This document shows positions 27,083-39,529 of a stretch of 64,000 nt of DNA, piece after piece. The position numbers and the translations under genes were made by a program. Each line of letters opens with the position of its first letter. The stretch's first letter is position 1. The stretch is taken from the NCBI RefSeq assembly GCF_006345805.1, contig NC_042997.1, positions 193,502,001-193,566,000 of the forward strand. Reading direction: 5' to 3'. The notes beneath the pieces were generated by a model. It searched no databases. It was given only the letters and a program-made list of their open reading frames with translations, and was not told the origin of the DNA. This stretch comes from Octopus sinensis. Lineage: Eukaryota.

Positions 27083-27548
27083 TCATACACACATACTACT
27101 ACCACCATGTGCACACACACACACACAGTTACTGCCACACACACACGCTGCCATATACACACACACATACATGCTATCACGCACAAACACACACGCACAC
27201 ACAGATACCAACCTTTTTGACACTCTCCTGTCTTAGAAAACACTTTCTCTTTGTCCATCTATTTCCGGACATTCCAAAATGTAACTACATGTGGATCGTT
27301 GGCGATTTTTTCCCTCCGTCTTTATTTTGTTTTGGACTCTCCTGTCTCCTGTTTATGAGGAAGACCTTTGCTCGAAACATAAAACCCCCTTTCTTTCCTT
27401 CCCTGGACGTCTTATTAATACTTTGCATGTGTCACGTCCTCCCGTTGTTGTTTGTTTCTTGTCTTTCATTCTCTGTTATTTATTTATTTATTTATTAATT
27501 ATATATACATATGTTGTATATATTGACTGTGTATATATGTTGTATATA

Positions 27549-27950
27549 TTGGCTGTGTGGTAAGTAACTTGCTTACCAACCACATGGTCCCGGGTCCAGT
27601 TTCAATATGTAGCACCTTGAGCAAGTTTCTTCTACTATAGCCTCGGGCCGACCAAAGCTTTGTGAGTGGATTTGGTAGATGGAAACTGAAAGAAGCCTGT
27701 CGTATATATATACACACATACACAAATATGCATATATGTGTGTCTGTGTTTGTTCCCCCATCATCGCTTAACAACCGATGTTGGTGTGTTTACGTCCATG
27801 TAACTTAGTGCTTCGGCAAAAGAGATCCGACAAAATAAGTACTAGGCTTACAAAGAATAAGTCCTGGGGTCGATTTGTTCGACTAAACGCAGTGCTCTGG
27901 CCTGGCCGCAGTCAAATCACTGAGACAAATAAAAGAGTAAAAAAGTACAT
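27549..27950 (+). mobile_element. SINE family A
   Basis: Matches the family A consensus. More family A fragments fill ~28030-29885. Confidence 0.85.
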
Positions 27951-28626
27951 ATAGACACAACCGTGGCTGTGTGGTAGCCACGATAGTGTAGGGTTTAACG
28001 GTTGAACATGATGAAATGGATGGACACGGCCTTGAAGGGTTTTAGTTGAACAATTAGAGCCCAGGACCTATCTTTTTAATTACCTCGTACTTATTCTATC
28101 GGTCCCTTTGCTGAACTACTAAGTTACAGGGACGGAAACACATCAACACCGTCTCTCAAGAGGAGGTGGGGGCAAACACAGGTACAAAGACAAACACACA
28201 GACACAGATAGATAGATAGATAGATAGATATAGGCGCAGGTCTGGCTGTGTGGTAAGAAGCTTGTTTTCCAACCACATGGTTCCGGGTTCAGTCCTACTG
28301 CATGGTACATTGGGCAAGTGTCTTCTACTATAGCCACGGACCGACCAAATTCTTGTGAGTGGACTTCGTAGACGGACACTGAAAGAAACCCGTCGTATGC
28401 ATCTTTTATTCTTCTACTAGTTTCAGTCATTAGGCAGCGGCCATGCTGGAGCACCGCCTTAAAGGATATTTTAGTCAAAGAAATCGACTTCAGGACTTAT
28501 CTTTTGTAAGCCCACAATCGGGCACTTTAGCCGAACCGCTAAGTTACGAGAACGTAAATACACTAACATTGGTTGTTAAGCGATGGTAGAGGGAGAAACA
28601 CAGACACAAAGAAAAGACACATTCGC

Positions 28627-28673
<47 letters not shown>

Positions 28674-28678
28674 CATGT

Positions 28679-28711
<33 letters not shown>

Positions 28712-28835
28712 CATATAAGTGACGGGCTTCTTTCAGTTTCTGTCTGCCAATCCACTCACAAGGCTTTGGTTGACCCAAGCTTATAGTAGCAAACACTTGC
28801 CCAAGGTACCACGCAGTGGAACTGAAGCTGGAATC

Positions 28836-28866
<31 letters not shown>

Positions 28867-28891
28867 CATCTATCTATCCATCTATGTATCC

Positions 28892-28935
<44 letters not shown>

Positions 28936-29199
28936 GTGTGTGTGTGTATGTGTGTGCGTGTCTTTGTGTCTGTGTTTGTCACCCACCGCCGCTTGAATCC
29001 GGTGTTGGTATGTTTGCGTTGCGTCCCTCGTAACATAGCGGTTCAGCAGAGAGACCGATAGAATAAGTACTATTAAAAGAATAAGTCCTGGACTCTAATT
29101 GTTCAATTAAAACCCTTCAAGGCAATTCCCATCCATTTCATTATGTTGAACCGTTAATCCTTACACATTTAGTTCTCTCTCCTTTTTCTCCCTCTCAAT

Positions 29200-29240
29200 C
29201 CTTTCTGCCGAAGAGCGTAGGCTCGAAACGTCAAAAACTT
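29200..29240 (+). ncRNA. Minimal hammerhead-like motif with a non-canonical core
   Basis: CTTT-CTGCCGA-A-GAGC(GTAG)GCTC-GAAA-CG-TC^AAA. Perfect 4-bp stem II, palindromic ACGT stem III, A6->C change, stem I only 3 bp. Confidence 0.4.
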
Positions 29241-30022
29241 TTCCATTCTTTCCGAGCGTCAAACTAATACTTCTACTTGTTTCTTCTTTTTGTTTTCTAT
29301 ATATTTGAACTATATATAAGTTTTCTATATTTTTGAACTATATATGAGTTACATCCCTTGACCTAGCGATTTAACGGTTCAGCAAAAAGAGCCCGATAGA
29401 AAAATGCCCAGTCTTACAAAAAAAAAAAACACTTTTGTCGGTTTGTTGGACCAATCCCTACGAGGCTCCAGCATGGACGCAGTCCAGTTACCAAGACAAG
29501 TAAATGATGTGTATGTATATGTGTGTATACACACTCACATATGAACTTATACAAGCGCAGATATGGCTATGTGGTAAGAAATTGGCTTTCCAACCAAGCA
29601 ATTCCAAGTTCAATCGCATTGTCTTCTACTGTAGCACGGAAGTGACCAGATCTTTTTGTGTGGATTGGGCTGGCAGAAAATGAATGAAGACTGTCTTTTG
29701 ATTGTCTCCTACCTTCGTTGATAACCCATGTTTACATTCTCGCAGCATAGCAGTTTGGCAAAAGAAACCGATATAATAAATACTAACTTGAAAAAAAATT
29801 AGTTATTACTGGGGTCAATTCGTTCGATGAAGAACCTTTTAAGGCGGTGTCCACCATAGACGCAGTCCAATGACTGAAACTAGTAATATATATATATATA
29901 TATTATTATATTATAAATTAACAATTGAGGATAAAATCTTTAAAAGAAATTATCAGTAGTTAGCGTGAAAAACCTCGTTCGAGAAAAAATCCGTAAATTT
30001 TTCCACTTTGAAAATATTTATT

Positions 30023-30183
30023 TATATTATATTGAGGGTACTACTATTCGTAGATACCACACGCTAAGAGGGACCAATGCGGTCAAAACTACTAAAATAA
30101 ACAAAATTATTTAGTAGTTTTGACCGCATTGGTCCCTCTTAGCGTGTGGTATCTACGAATAGTAGTACCCTCAATATAATATA
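30023..30183. repeat. Perfect 74-bp inverted repeat with a 13-nt loop
   Basis: 30023-30096 is the reverse complement of 30110-30183. Confidence 0.9.
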
Positions 30184-30509
30184 TATATATATATTTTTTT
30201 TTGAATAAAACAAGTTTTATTTTTTAACGTAGGTGGTAAATATTTTTTTTATTATACATCTATATATTTGAAAATAGAGATACAAAATCTTGTTTTCACA
30301 TAACAAATCTTTTCATATAACAGTTTTACTCTAAAAGTATTAGTGTATGTTTTCACAAGATGAGTTTTACATACACAAAAAATGAGAGAGAATTATATTA
30401 GACTGAAAAGTTTTCGTATAAAAAAAATGTTTTTCCTACAGCTTAATGTTAAACTGTTTTCATATAAACTTCACATAAAAAATGATATTTATATATTATA
30501 ACGTAAACA

Positions 30510-30578
<69 letters not shown>

Positions 30579-31562
30579 CACACATACATATTTGTTTTTA
30601 TGTGAAGTTATATATAAAAACATTTTGAATTAAACTGAAGGATTACTGAATACTTTTCAGGAGTATATTTATGTACGTCAGTCTAAATACGTCAAGCAAG
30701 TCAAAATTTCGAAGTCACTGTCAGACATTTCTTTGTCTGTGTGTGTGTGTGTTTAGTAGGCTCGTCATACGAACCTAAAACGCCAGGCTCGTAGATTCGG
30801 TTCTAAGTGCCTGACGAGTTAGGTTCGATTGCTAGCCGACAAAACCTTAAGTTGCATGAAGCCGAATAAAACTGTTATTAAATAATATAACAGAACTATA
30901 TGTATTCAGTGCCACTTTCGTTTGCTCAGTCGTATATATAAGGTTATATATATATATATATCTGTTTGTGTGTATGCGTGTGCGTCTCGACACACGCATA
31001 TATGTGTTGAGTGCTTGCATCTATACGCAACATGTTTAATTTACGAGAAATAATAAAAGAAGAGAAATACTATATTATCGGTTAATAACACAATAACAGT
31101 AGATTAAGGCTGGAAAGTTAAGAGAGATGATAGCAATACTTATAGCCATCAGTCTATGTTTACACAGAAGTGTATTTAAAACACACGTGCCTGGAATATA
31201 TAGTCCCAGATTAAAATTATTGATTTATCTGCTAGTTTATTAAAGGTAAACGAAGAACTTTCGGGAAGTTTTTAGTTAAATTCTAAGCTGTTAATGTTGT
31301 TGTTTTATAGTTGTTGTTGGTGTTGTTGTTGTTGTTGGTGGTGGTCGTAGTGGTGGTGGCATTGGCGTTGTTTCATTCGTGACCATCCTGTCTGTTATGG
31401 TAGGTGAGTTGTGTAGCTAGTGCAACATCTATTTCTTTACTACCCACTAGGGGCTAAACACAGGGGGGACAAACAAGGACAGACAAACAGATTAAGTCGA
31501 TTAGATCGATCCCAGTGCGTAACTGGTACTTTTTTTATCGACCCCGAAAGGATGAAAGGCAA

Positions 31563-31790
31563 AGTTGGTGGACAACGAAAAACCTGGCTGACGACAGTCA
31601 AGGCTGATCTGGAACCCAACCTTGGCCCTCATATCTACGGCGTTCGCCGCTGGAATAAGGAGTGGTTGGAGATCACGCGGTCGTTAGCCTCAAATCTCCA
31701 GGCCTGGTCGGCGTTTGTGAGAGATGCTGCATTGAGGATGAATGAAGCCAGCTCAACCCACCCCGGGTGAATGCTGTAAGGAGAAGAAGA
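31563..31790 (+). mobile_element. 3' end of an RTE-like LINE fused to a SINE B fragment
   Basis: GGQRKTWLTTVKADLEP...WSAFVRDA is typical of an RTE ORF2 C-terminus (recalled). It ends in (GAA)n. Confidence 0.6.
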
Positions 31791-31979
31791 AGAAAGATAG
31801 TTGGGTGCATTTTGAGGAAGATTACGTTGCTATTTGTAGTAGCGTAAATGACCACGTACAAGCCATTTCATTTTCTCGATTTCCTTCAGTCTATATACTC
31901 TTCTTTCATTCCATGAAATCTCACTGGTTTCATATAAACACCAGGAATGAGGGTAGGGACATACTTGATAAGTAAAACA

Positions 31980-32380
31980 GGTGCAGGAGTGGCTGTGTGG
32001 CAAGTAGCTTGTTTACCAACCACACGGTTCCGGGTTCAGTCCCACTGCGTGGCACCTTAGGCAAATGTTTTCTACTATAGCCGACCAAAGCCTTGTCAGT
32101 GGATTTGGTAGACGGAAACTGAAAGAAGTCCGTCGTATATATATGTATATATATATATGCGTGTGTGTGTTTGTGTGTCTGTGTTTGTCCCCCTAGCATT
32201 GCTTGACAACCGATGCTGGTGTGTTTATGTCCCCGTTACTTAGCGGTTCGGCAAAAGAGACCCATAGAATAAGTACTGGGCTTACAAAAGAATAAGTCCC
32301 GGGGTCGAGTTACTCGATTAAAGGCGGTGCTCCAGCATGGCCGCAGTCATATGACTGAAACAAGTAAAAGAGTAAAGAGT
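31980..32380 (+). mobile_element. SINE family A, full length
   Basis: Matches the family A consensus. Confidence 0.9.
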
Positions 32381-33574
32381 AAATGAAAAGAAAGGAGATA
32401 AGAAACAGACAGTTGGATACTCTTTTACTATTTTACTCGTTTCAGTCATTTGACTGCGGCCATTCTGGAGCACCACCTTTAGTCGAGCAAATAAGTCCTG
32501 GGGTCAATTTATTCGACTAAAGGCGGTGCTCCAGCATGGCCGCAGTCAAATGACTGAAACAAGTAAAAGAAAAAAAAAAGAAAAGAAAATAAATATTGCA
32601 TAGTTTCATAATTCAGCAGCCACCATTTCTGTCAGTTCATCGTCTTTTGATAATATTTTGATAATGTTTTGAATGATGACAATTTCCTACATTTATACAT
32701 GGTTATGAGATTGTAGGAACGGAGTGTAGTCTAATAGACTGAAGCTTTGGACATATTCGGTCTTTACTTCATCAATTGAAGATGGTGAAAAAGTAAATTC
32801 GACCGATATTCTTGGAACATAGAACCAATGTGAGAGTCAAATGGATGCCTGTGACGGAGCCTGTACTTGAGTCAACGAAGGAGTATGTACTTAATCCAAC
32901 GAGTGAGCCTGCACGTGGACAAATGTGAAAAGGTGTAAGTAAGCGATCGTGGGAGTTTGTAGTGATCCAATGATGTAACTCCTACATGAAACAATGCGGG
33001 AGCCTGTACATAGACCAACGATGGAATATGTATGTAGGCCTCTGAGCTGGCTTGTAAGGAAACCAACGAACGATTATTTACACTAGCAAACAACGGAACG
33101 AACCTCAAAGGGTTAATGTGAGTCTTAAACAAGGACCAGGGGTCTTTGCTAGTCAATTCATCTGATGAAAATAGCAAATTAGACCACGTCGTTAAAAATA
33201 AAGGACCTGTATTAGTACAGGAATTTCTTTAACCATAAGCCTACTTTGTGGAGGCGCGTGTCTTAGAGGTTAAGGTGTCAGCATCATGATCGTAAGATTG
33301 TGGTTTCGATTCCTGGACCGGACGACGCGTTGTGTTCTTGAGCAAAACACTTCATTTCACGTTGCTCCTGTCCACTCAGCTGGCAAAAATTAGTATTGCT
33401 GCGATGGACTGGCATCCCGTCCAGCTGGGGAACACATATGCCATTGAAATCGGGAAGCCGGGCCCATGAGCCTGGGTAGGCTTTAAAAGGGTGCATTTAT
33501 ATCTATTTATTAGTACAAATACTGCAATTACGAAGGAATGGCTGCAGCAAGCAGGAATATCTTTAACCATAAGG

Positions 33575-33965
33575 GGGGTGGGGAAGCACTCCGTCGGTTA
33601 CGACGATGAGGGTTCCGGTTGATCCGAATCAACGGAACAGCCTGCTCGTGAAATTAACGTGTAAGTGGATAAGCACTCCACAGACACGTGCACTCTTAAC
33701 GTAGTTCTCGGGGATATTCAGCGTGACACAGAGAGTGACAAGGCCGGCCCTTTGAAGTACAGGTACAACAGAAACAGGAAGTAAGAGTGAGAGAAAGTTG
33801 TGGTGAAAGAGTACAGCAGGGATCACCACCATCCCCTGCCGGAGCCTCGTGGAGCTTTTAGGTGTTTTCGCTCAATAAACACTCACAACGCCCGGTCTGG
33901 GAATCGAAACCGCGATCCTATGACCGCGAGTCCGCTGCCCTAACCACTGGGCCATTGCGCCTCCT
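33575..33965 (-). mobile_element. SINE family C, full length
   Basis: Near-identical to 39530-39915(-) and 63098-63480(+). Confidence 0.9.
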
Positions 33966-34978
33966 TTAACCATAAACCTGCTTTGACAAGGTGAAAGTGC
34001 GTAGCCTAGAGTTTAGCGTGTTACAGTCACGATCGCGGTTTCAATTCCAGGACCAGCTGATGCATTGTGTTCTTGAACAAAACGCTCCGTTTTACACTGC
34101 TCCGGCCCACTCAGCATTAAATGAGTGACCCTACGACTGGCATCCCATTCAGAGAGGATGTGTTCTATGACTCGAGTGAGTAAGTGTTCTGCTCGGTCAG
34201 AGTCAGCATTAGACGTCAGTAGACGACAACAGAAAGACGTATCTAGTCTTATACTCGCGTGACTGCTGGAGTTGCTGGAAGTCTAGAGAAGGAACTAAAT
34301 AAAACCTGTCTTTTAATTTGGTGTTCTTCATTTTCAAATATTTTCTAATTTTTTTTTACATAAGACACAGGCATTTGAAGGAGAGATTTATTCATAACAG
34401 CAATAATTCTTTTTAATTCTGGCAAACGGCCAGCAATTCTTTTTTTTTTTACTATTCTTTTTATTTTTTGGCAGAGGGTTAAGTCGATTACATCGACCCC
34501 AGCGCTCAACTAGTACTTTATTTTATCGACTCCAAAAATATAAAAAGGTAAATTTTGGCTTCAGCGGGACTTGAGCTCAGCACACAGAGCCAGGAGAAGT
34601 TCCGTTAAAAAGTTTGTCCATCGTGTTGGCGATTTACTAACTTGACACCTTAAAACAATGGTTTCAAACTTTGGCTCAATGCCAGGAGTTTTTAGGAGAA
34701 GGGAATGAGTCGGTTATATCGACTACAGTGCTCAAATGGTAACTTATTTTATATTTTATCGACCTCGCAAAGATGGAAAGTCAAGTGGACCTCGGCGGAA
34801 TTTGAACTTAGAACGTGAAGAGCCAGAAGTAATTCCGCGCTAATGTTTCTGCTAGCGTAATAATTATTTCCAACAAGGGCAGAACGGCTGAAATTTGTGT
34901 GAGAAGGGTTAGACGAATGAATTGACCCTAGGAGTTGATTGGTATTTTATCTTAATGATCCCAAAAACATGTGTAATA

Positions 34979-36013
34979 TCAGGTCATCCGATAAGTTCTG
35001 TTCGAATTTTGAATAAAGAAAATAAGTAATCAAATGTTATATTTGATTGAAATTTAATCATCACTGTACTTTCCCCGATTATCTATGACTTCCTTCCATC
35101 TATTTACAAGCTTTTTAATCTCATTCCATTCACTAAAGGGGTCTTTTGTTTTTCTTCAAAGCTTGGTTCAAACGCTCTAATTGCTGACAGTAGACAGTAG
35201 ATTGATTGTTACATTAGGTGGTAACAATTCAAAGTGAATTACTCCTTGCAATCCCACCGGATAGAAAGACGAACCTTTTCCCCATGAAGTTCCCTTCTCG
35301 GTTGTGGTTGTGCTTTTTCCTCTTTACCAAGCCACTGTTTACGACATTTAACATTTCGATAGAAGATCCATTTTTCGTCAGCAGTCACAAGTCTATCCAA
35401 AAAGGGTGAAATGAGTTCTCGAGAATGGAAAGAAGACCAGATGTCAACTCGGGATTTGCGGTTGTTTTCGGACAATCCCTGAGGCACTCATTTTCCAAGT
35501 TTAGAAACCTTTCCAAGTTGTTAAAGATGACGATGAACAGTTGTATGGTCTGAACTAAGCTTTATTACCAATTCTTCAACTGATAATGCAGGAATTTCTT
35601 CAAGTAATGCCTCAAAGAGCTTGTCATCAAACTCAACTGGACGTCCTGTTCCATCTTCAAGGCTGAAATCTCCACTTCTGAATTTTGCAAACCATCTTCT
35701 GCAAGTTCTTTCACTCAAACATTCTTTCCCATAATCTGAGTGTATGTTTCGAGTCGCTTCGGCTGCAGGGTTTCCTTTTTTTTGTACTCATAAAGCATTA
35801 TGTGCCTTAAATGCTCTTTGGATACTTCCATGTTAGAAAGGATTTTAACCAAAGAAATTTTAATTCTATTATTCTGTAAAATAGTATTTAATTAGTCTAA
35901 ATTTACACAGATGCATAAAAATAGTTTTAAATTCCATTAGACATTCTAAAATACTATTAAATTTCAGTCAATGTTAAAAAAGGTATAATCGAACAGGACA
36001 TGGGATGACCTGA
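34979..36013 (-). mobile_element. Internally deleted mariner (Tc1/mariner) transposon
   Basis: TIRs TCAGGTCATCC.AT...CTGTTCGA at both ends with TA duplications (34977-78, 36014-15). Degenerate transposase 35831->35054: HTH SERTCRRWFAKFRSG, VPQGL, TADEKW, YCQQLERL. The HDNA/SPDLAP region is missing. Confidence 0.9.
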
Positions 36014-36242
36014 TACTATAGGCTACTGTTGTAAATTCTCATTTTACGTGATTCGAACACGATATTTTCTGACAGTGAATTCTCTGAAGTGTTGTACTAT
36101 TAGAAAAAAACTCAAACGGGCTATTGTATTTTACCGGTTACGTGACTAAAAACAGCTAAACACATTTCGTGCAAATTGCTTTTCGCACACGAATACAGAC
36201 GGCTGCATGAAGGTCATCTGATATGAATACAAATTAGTAACG

Positions 36243-37212
36243 GTGAATATTCTAAGTAGAGAGGAATACGATGCAAAGGTGTCCCCTCCTCAAGAGATAA
36301 TAAATAGTACAAGAAGAATAATATATAGAACATATTCAACAGAAGCAGGGAAAATAGAAATTATGGCAACGGCGCAAATTGAAAGAGCATTAAGACCGAT
36401 CTGGCAAGAAATTACGTATCTTGCTAGAGAAACAAAATATGGAACAATGGAGGAGGCTACATTCGGCAACCCCGTTGAAAAATGAAGAAATGGAACTTCT
36501 ACCCACATACTTTGGGCGGGGGGGGGCATGCTTTCAGGATTAAGGTAGAAGGCATACCACCGGCAGTTGATGTGGCCTGGATAGCAGCTGCCGTACTACT
36601 CGGAAATAGGGAAAAAATAGCGGTTCTCCAGGCCACAAAAACAGAATACAAAAACTGGAAAGGACACACCCTGGATATGATTATCTAGTGGTCGCCAGAA
36701 AACATTAAAAAATTGACCGAAACTGTCACGATAGAAGATGTAATAATAAGGGTCAAGGTGGAAGACAGGACCCCGCGATGTTACAAGTGTGGCCTAGAAG
36801 ACCACATTAGAGCGGACTGCCTTTCGCCGCCCAAAAAGCCACAGGAAAGACCAGTGAGAAAGGAGGAGGTCGTGCCATCAGCAACAACAGAAGAAAAGGA
36901 TGATAATGAAAAGAACAACGAATGGGAAATGGGTGGGAAAAGAAAGAAAAGGAAAAGAAAAAAGGCATGTCACGTGGGTATAGACCCCCATCCAATACCC
37001 ACCCACACCCTCTTTGCCCTATCCTCCCCTACAGACACCAAACTTCCCCACTCCCCTCCGACACAAAGAAGAGCAAACACACAAAAGAACCCCCAAAATT
37101 AGCAAAAGTAATGGAATACAAGCATGGATATAAGTACTGGAAGATAAAGATGGACATCAGTCAGCTACCATACTACGTAGACTTGTTTTACTGCCCTACG
37201 GCAATCTGTTGA
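36243..37212 (+). pseudogene. Gag/ORF1-like protein with one CCHC zinc knuckle, copy 1 (frameshifted)
   Basis: PRCYKCGLEDHIRADC (CX2CX4HX4C), then a KRKKRKRKK basic tract and a Pro-rich region. Split over several frames. Confidence 0.7.
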
Positions 37213-37253
37213 CGCTTTCCCCCCTTCGAAGGAGGGGGTTAACCCAAGTATCA

Positions 37254-38892
37254 ATGATGGATTACGAAAACCTTACCTCCCCGGAGCTTACGTCTTCTGA
37301 GGAGGAGCTGTTCAAGTCTGTCGAAATAATGAACGAGCAGTGGAAGAAAAGGAATTTGGTACTAGTAGCGTAGACTGGACCCGGTTTGCGCAGACGCGCG
37401 TCCGCGCTAGCCAGACGTAGGCAGTCGATCCAACGAGCTGACCGGCGCATGCACGATATATACGATATATACTTGTATATATCGTATATATACAAGTATA
37501 TATCGTATACAAGTATATATCGTATATATCGTGCATGCGCCAGTCAGCTCGTTGGATCGACTGCCTACGTCTGGCTAGCGCGGACGCGCGTCTGCGCAAA
37601 CCGGGTCCAGTCTACGCTACTAGTACCAAGGAATTTTGCGGCTGTCGCCAAGAGTCACAACAGTGAGGTCGAACTGGCGGAGCTGAGTAAATATAAGAAT
37701 ATGCTGTGTAGGGGGGCAGGGATGCGAAGTAAAGGTGTTCTCTCCCCCGAGAAATTATGAAGGATACCAAGGAGAAAACGATAATATTTAGAACATGCTC
37801 CACGGAAACAAAGAAAATTGAAATAATGACAACCACACAAGTAGAAAAAAGCCTTGAAACCAATCTGGCAAGGAATTTAGCACCTTGCCAGAGGAAAGAA
37901 GTACGGAGCAGTGGAGGTGCGTTTCCGAGAGGTAGCTACTGCCAGGTTACACTCGGCAACCCCTTTAATAACAAAAGTGATATTTCTGCACATATACCTT
38001 GAGAGACGTGCTTCCAGGGTTAGGGTAGAAGATGTATCACCATATATCGACGTAGCCTGGCTAGTAGCTGCCATCCTGCTAGGCAATGAAGATAATATAG
38101 TGGTCCTCCAGGCCGCAAGAACAGCTCATAAGAATTGACGAAGACAGTCCCTGGATATGATTATCCAAGTGTCCCCGGAATGCAACGAAATTATCGCTAT
38201 AGAAGATTTGATAATAAGGGTTAGAGTGGAGGGCAGGACTCGCGTTGCTACAAGTGTGGCCTAAAATGCCACATTAGAGCGGATTGTCCTCTGTCGCCCC
38301 AAAAGCACCCCCTCCAAATCTCGTGAGCAGGGAGGAAGTCGCACCACCAGCGCCAACAAAAGAAATCTCAAGCACTATGGAAGAAGCAAACAAAGAAGGG
38401 ATTGAGTGGGAAACGGTCGGAAAGAGAAAAAGAAAAAGGAATGTAGACCCTCTCCCTTCCTACGGCCACCCCACACCCACAAACACCCAGTTTGTCCCAT
38501 CCCCTCTACAGATGCTAAACCTCCCCACTCCCCTCCGACACAAAGAAAAACGTAGACCACAGGAGCCCCAAAACTTCCCCACCCCGGCCTGTGATAAAAG
38601 AAAATACGTAGTAATATACGACGATTCCAATGTGGAACTCTACAAAGAGACAGACACTTGGGAAGACGTAATAACAGTGAATACGGCAACTTATTGTGGG
38701 ATATCATGGCGCTATAATTGTGTGCTGGCAACCCAGGATCAAATGTCTAAAATAGTCAATTACAATGAAGACTTTGAATACTGGGAGAAAACAATGGACA
38801 CCAGTCAGGTACCAAAGTATATAAACTATCTTGATCTCCGAGAGAATTACAAAATTGACATTCTACAGCCAGACAGTGCTGGATCGAATTAA
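37254..38892 (+). pseudogene. Gag/ORF1-like protein, copy 2, interrupted by a MITE
   Basis: Collinear with copy 1 (IIFRTCSTE..KIEIM, DVAWLVAAILLGN, RCYKCGLKCHIRADC, GKRKRKR, YWEKTMDTSQ). Removing the MITE rejoins MMDYENL...WKKRNF|AAVAKSH in frame. Confidence 0.7.
37358..37627. mobile_element. 270-bp foldback MITE with a 9-bp TSD (Mutator-like)
   Basis: Starts GGTACTAG and ends CTAGTACC. Arms of ~120 bp have one mismatch. TSD AAGGAATTT at 37349-37357 and 37628-37636. Confidence 0.9.
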
Positions 38893-39529
38893 GGTGGTGT
38901 AAACAGAATAAATGAAGTCGCTGGGAGGTGGGGCCGAACGGCTTCATTACATCTTTTCATTTTCAATTTCATCTCATTTTTCTTTTATTCGTTTTTTTGT
39001 TCCCTCATATTTTGTGTTGTCCCCTTTATATTTACCCCGTGTGGGAAATAAAGAATTAGAGTATGCTTCGAGTCACCTTATACCTTTACTCTCTCTCAAG
39101 TACACCTTAGATTCTAGCATCTTACTGACTCTCATTATCGTTATGAACTATACAAGTAGAGCATTTGTAGTGTATTTTCTTATTCAAAATTTCTGTCATG
39201 TTCTAAATAACGAAGATGAGCTGTTTAAGCATTGCTTTGAACTATTAATACCTTCTACATCTATTGAACTTCGAATGCTTTTTTAAATACTTGTTGAAAA
39301 TATATGTACAAAACGAAATTCCGTTATAAAAAAAATGGAACTACAATCCTCTACATCACCTAATACGGCGACCTGGCTGTTGTTTCTAGCACCGAGTTTT
39401 CTCTCTAACCTTCATAAAAGATTAACCTCACAGTTTCACTAAAGTTGATGACTCCCTATTTTAAGAACACAATACACCTTATTGAGACAACCTCAGTGGA
39501 GAGGATATAACGTTGTAATATACTCTTGG

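Noticed and set aside
30805-30860. CTGACGA with a possible stem II
   Set aside because: GAAA is replaced by GACA and I found no stem I or stem III pairing.
38908-38950. SECIS-like ATGA...GA hairpin after the gag-like ORF
   Set aside because: The spacing is too short for SECIS helix II, there is no apical AA, and it folds better as a plain hairpin.
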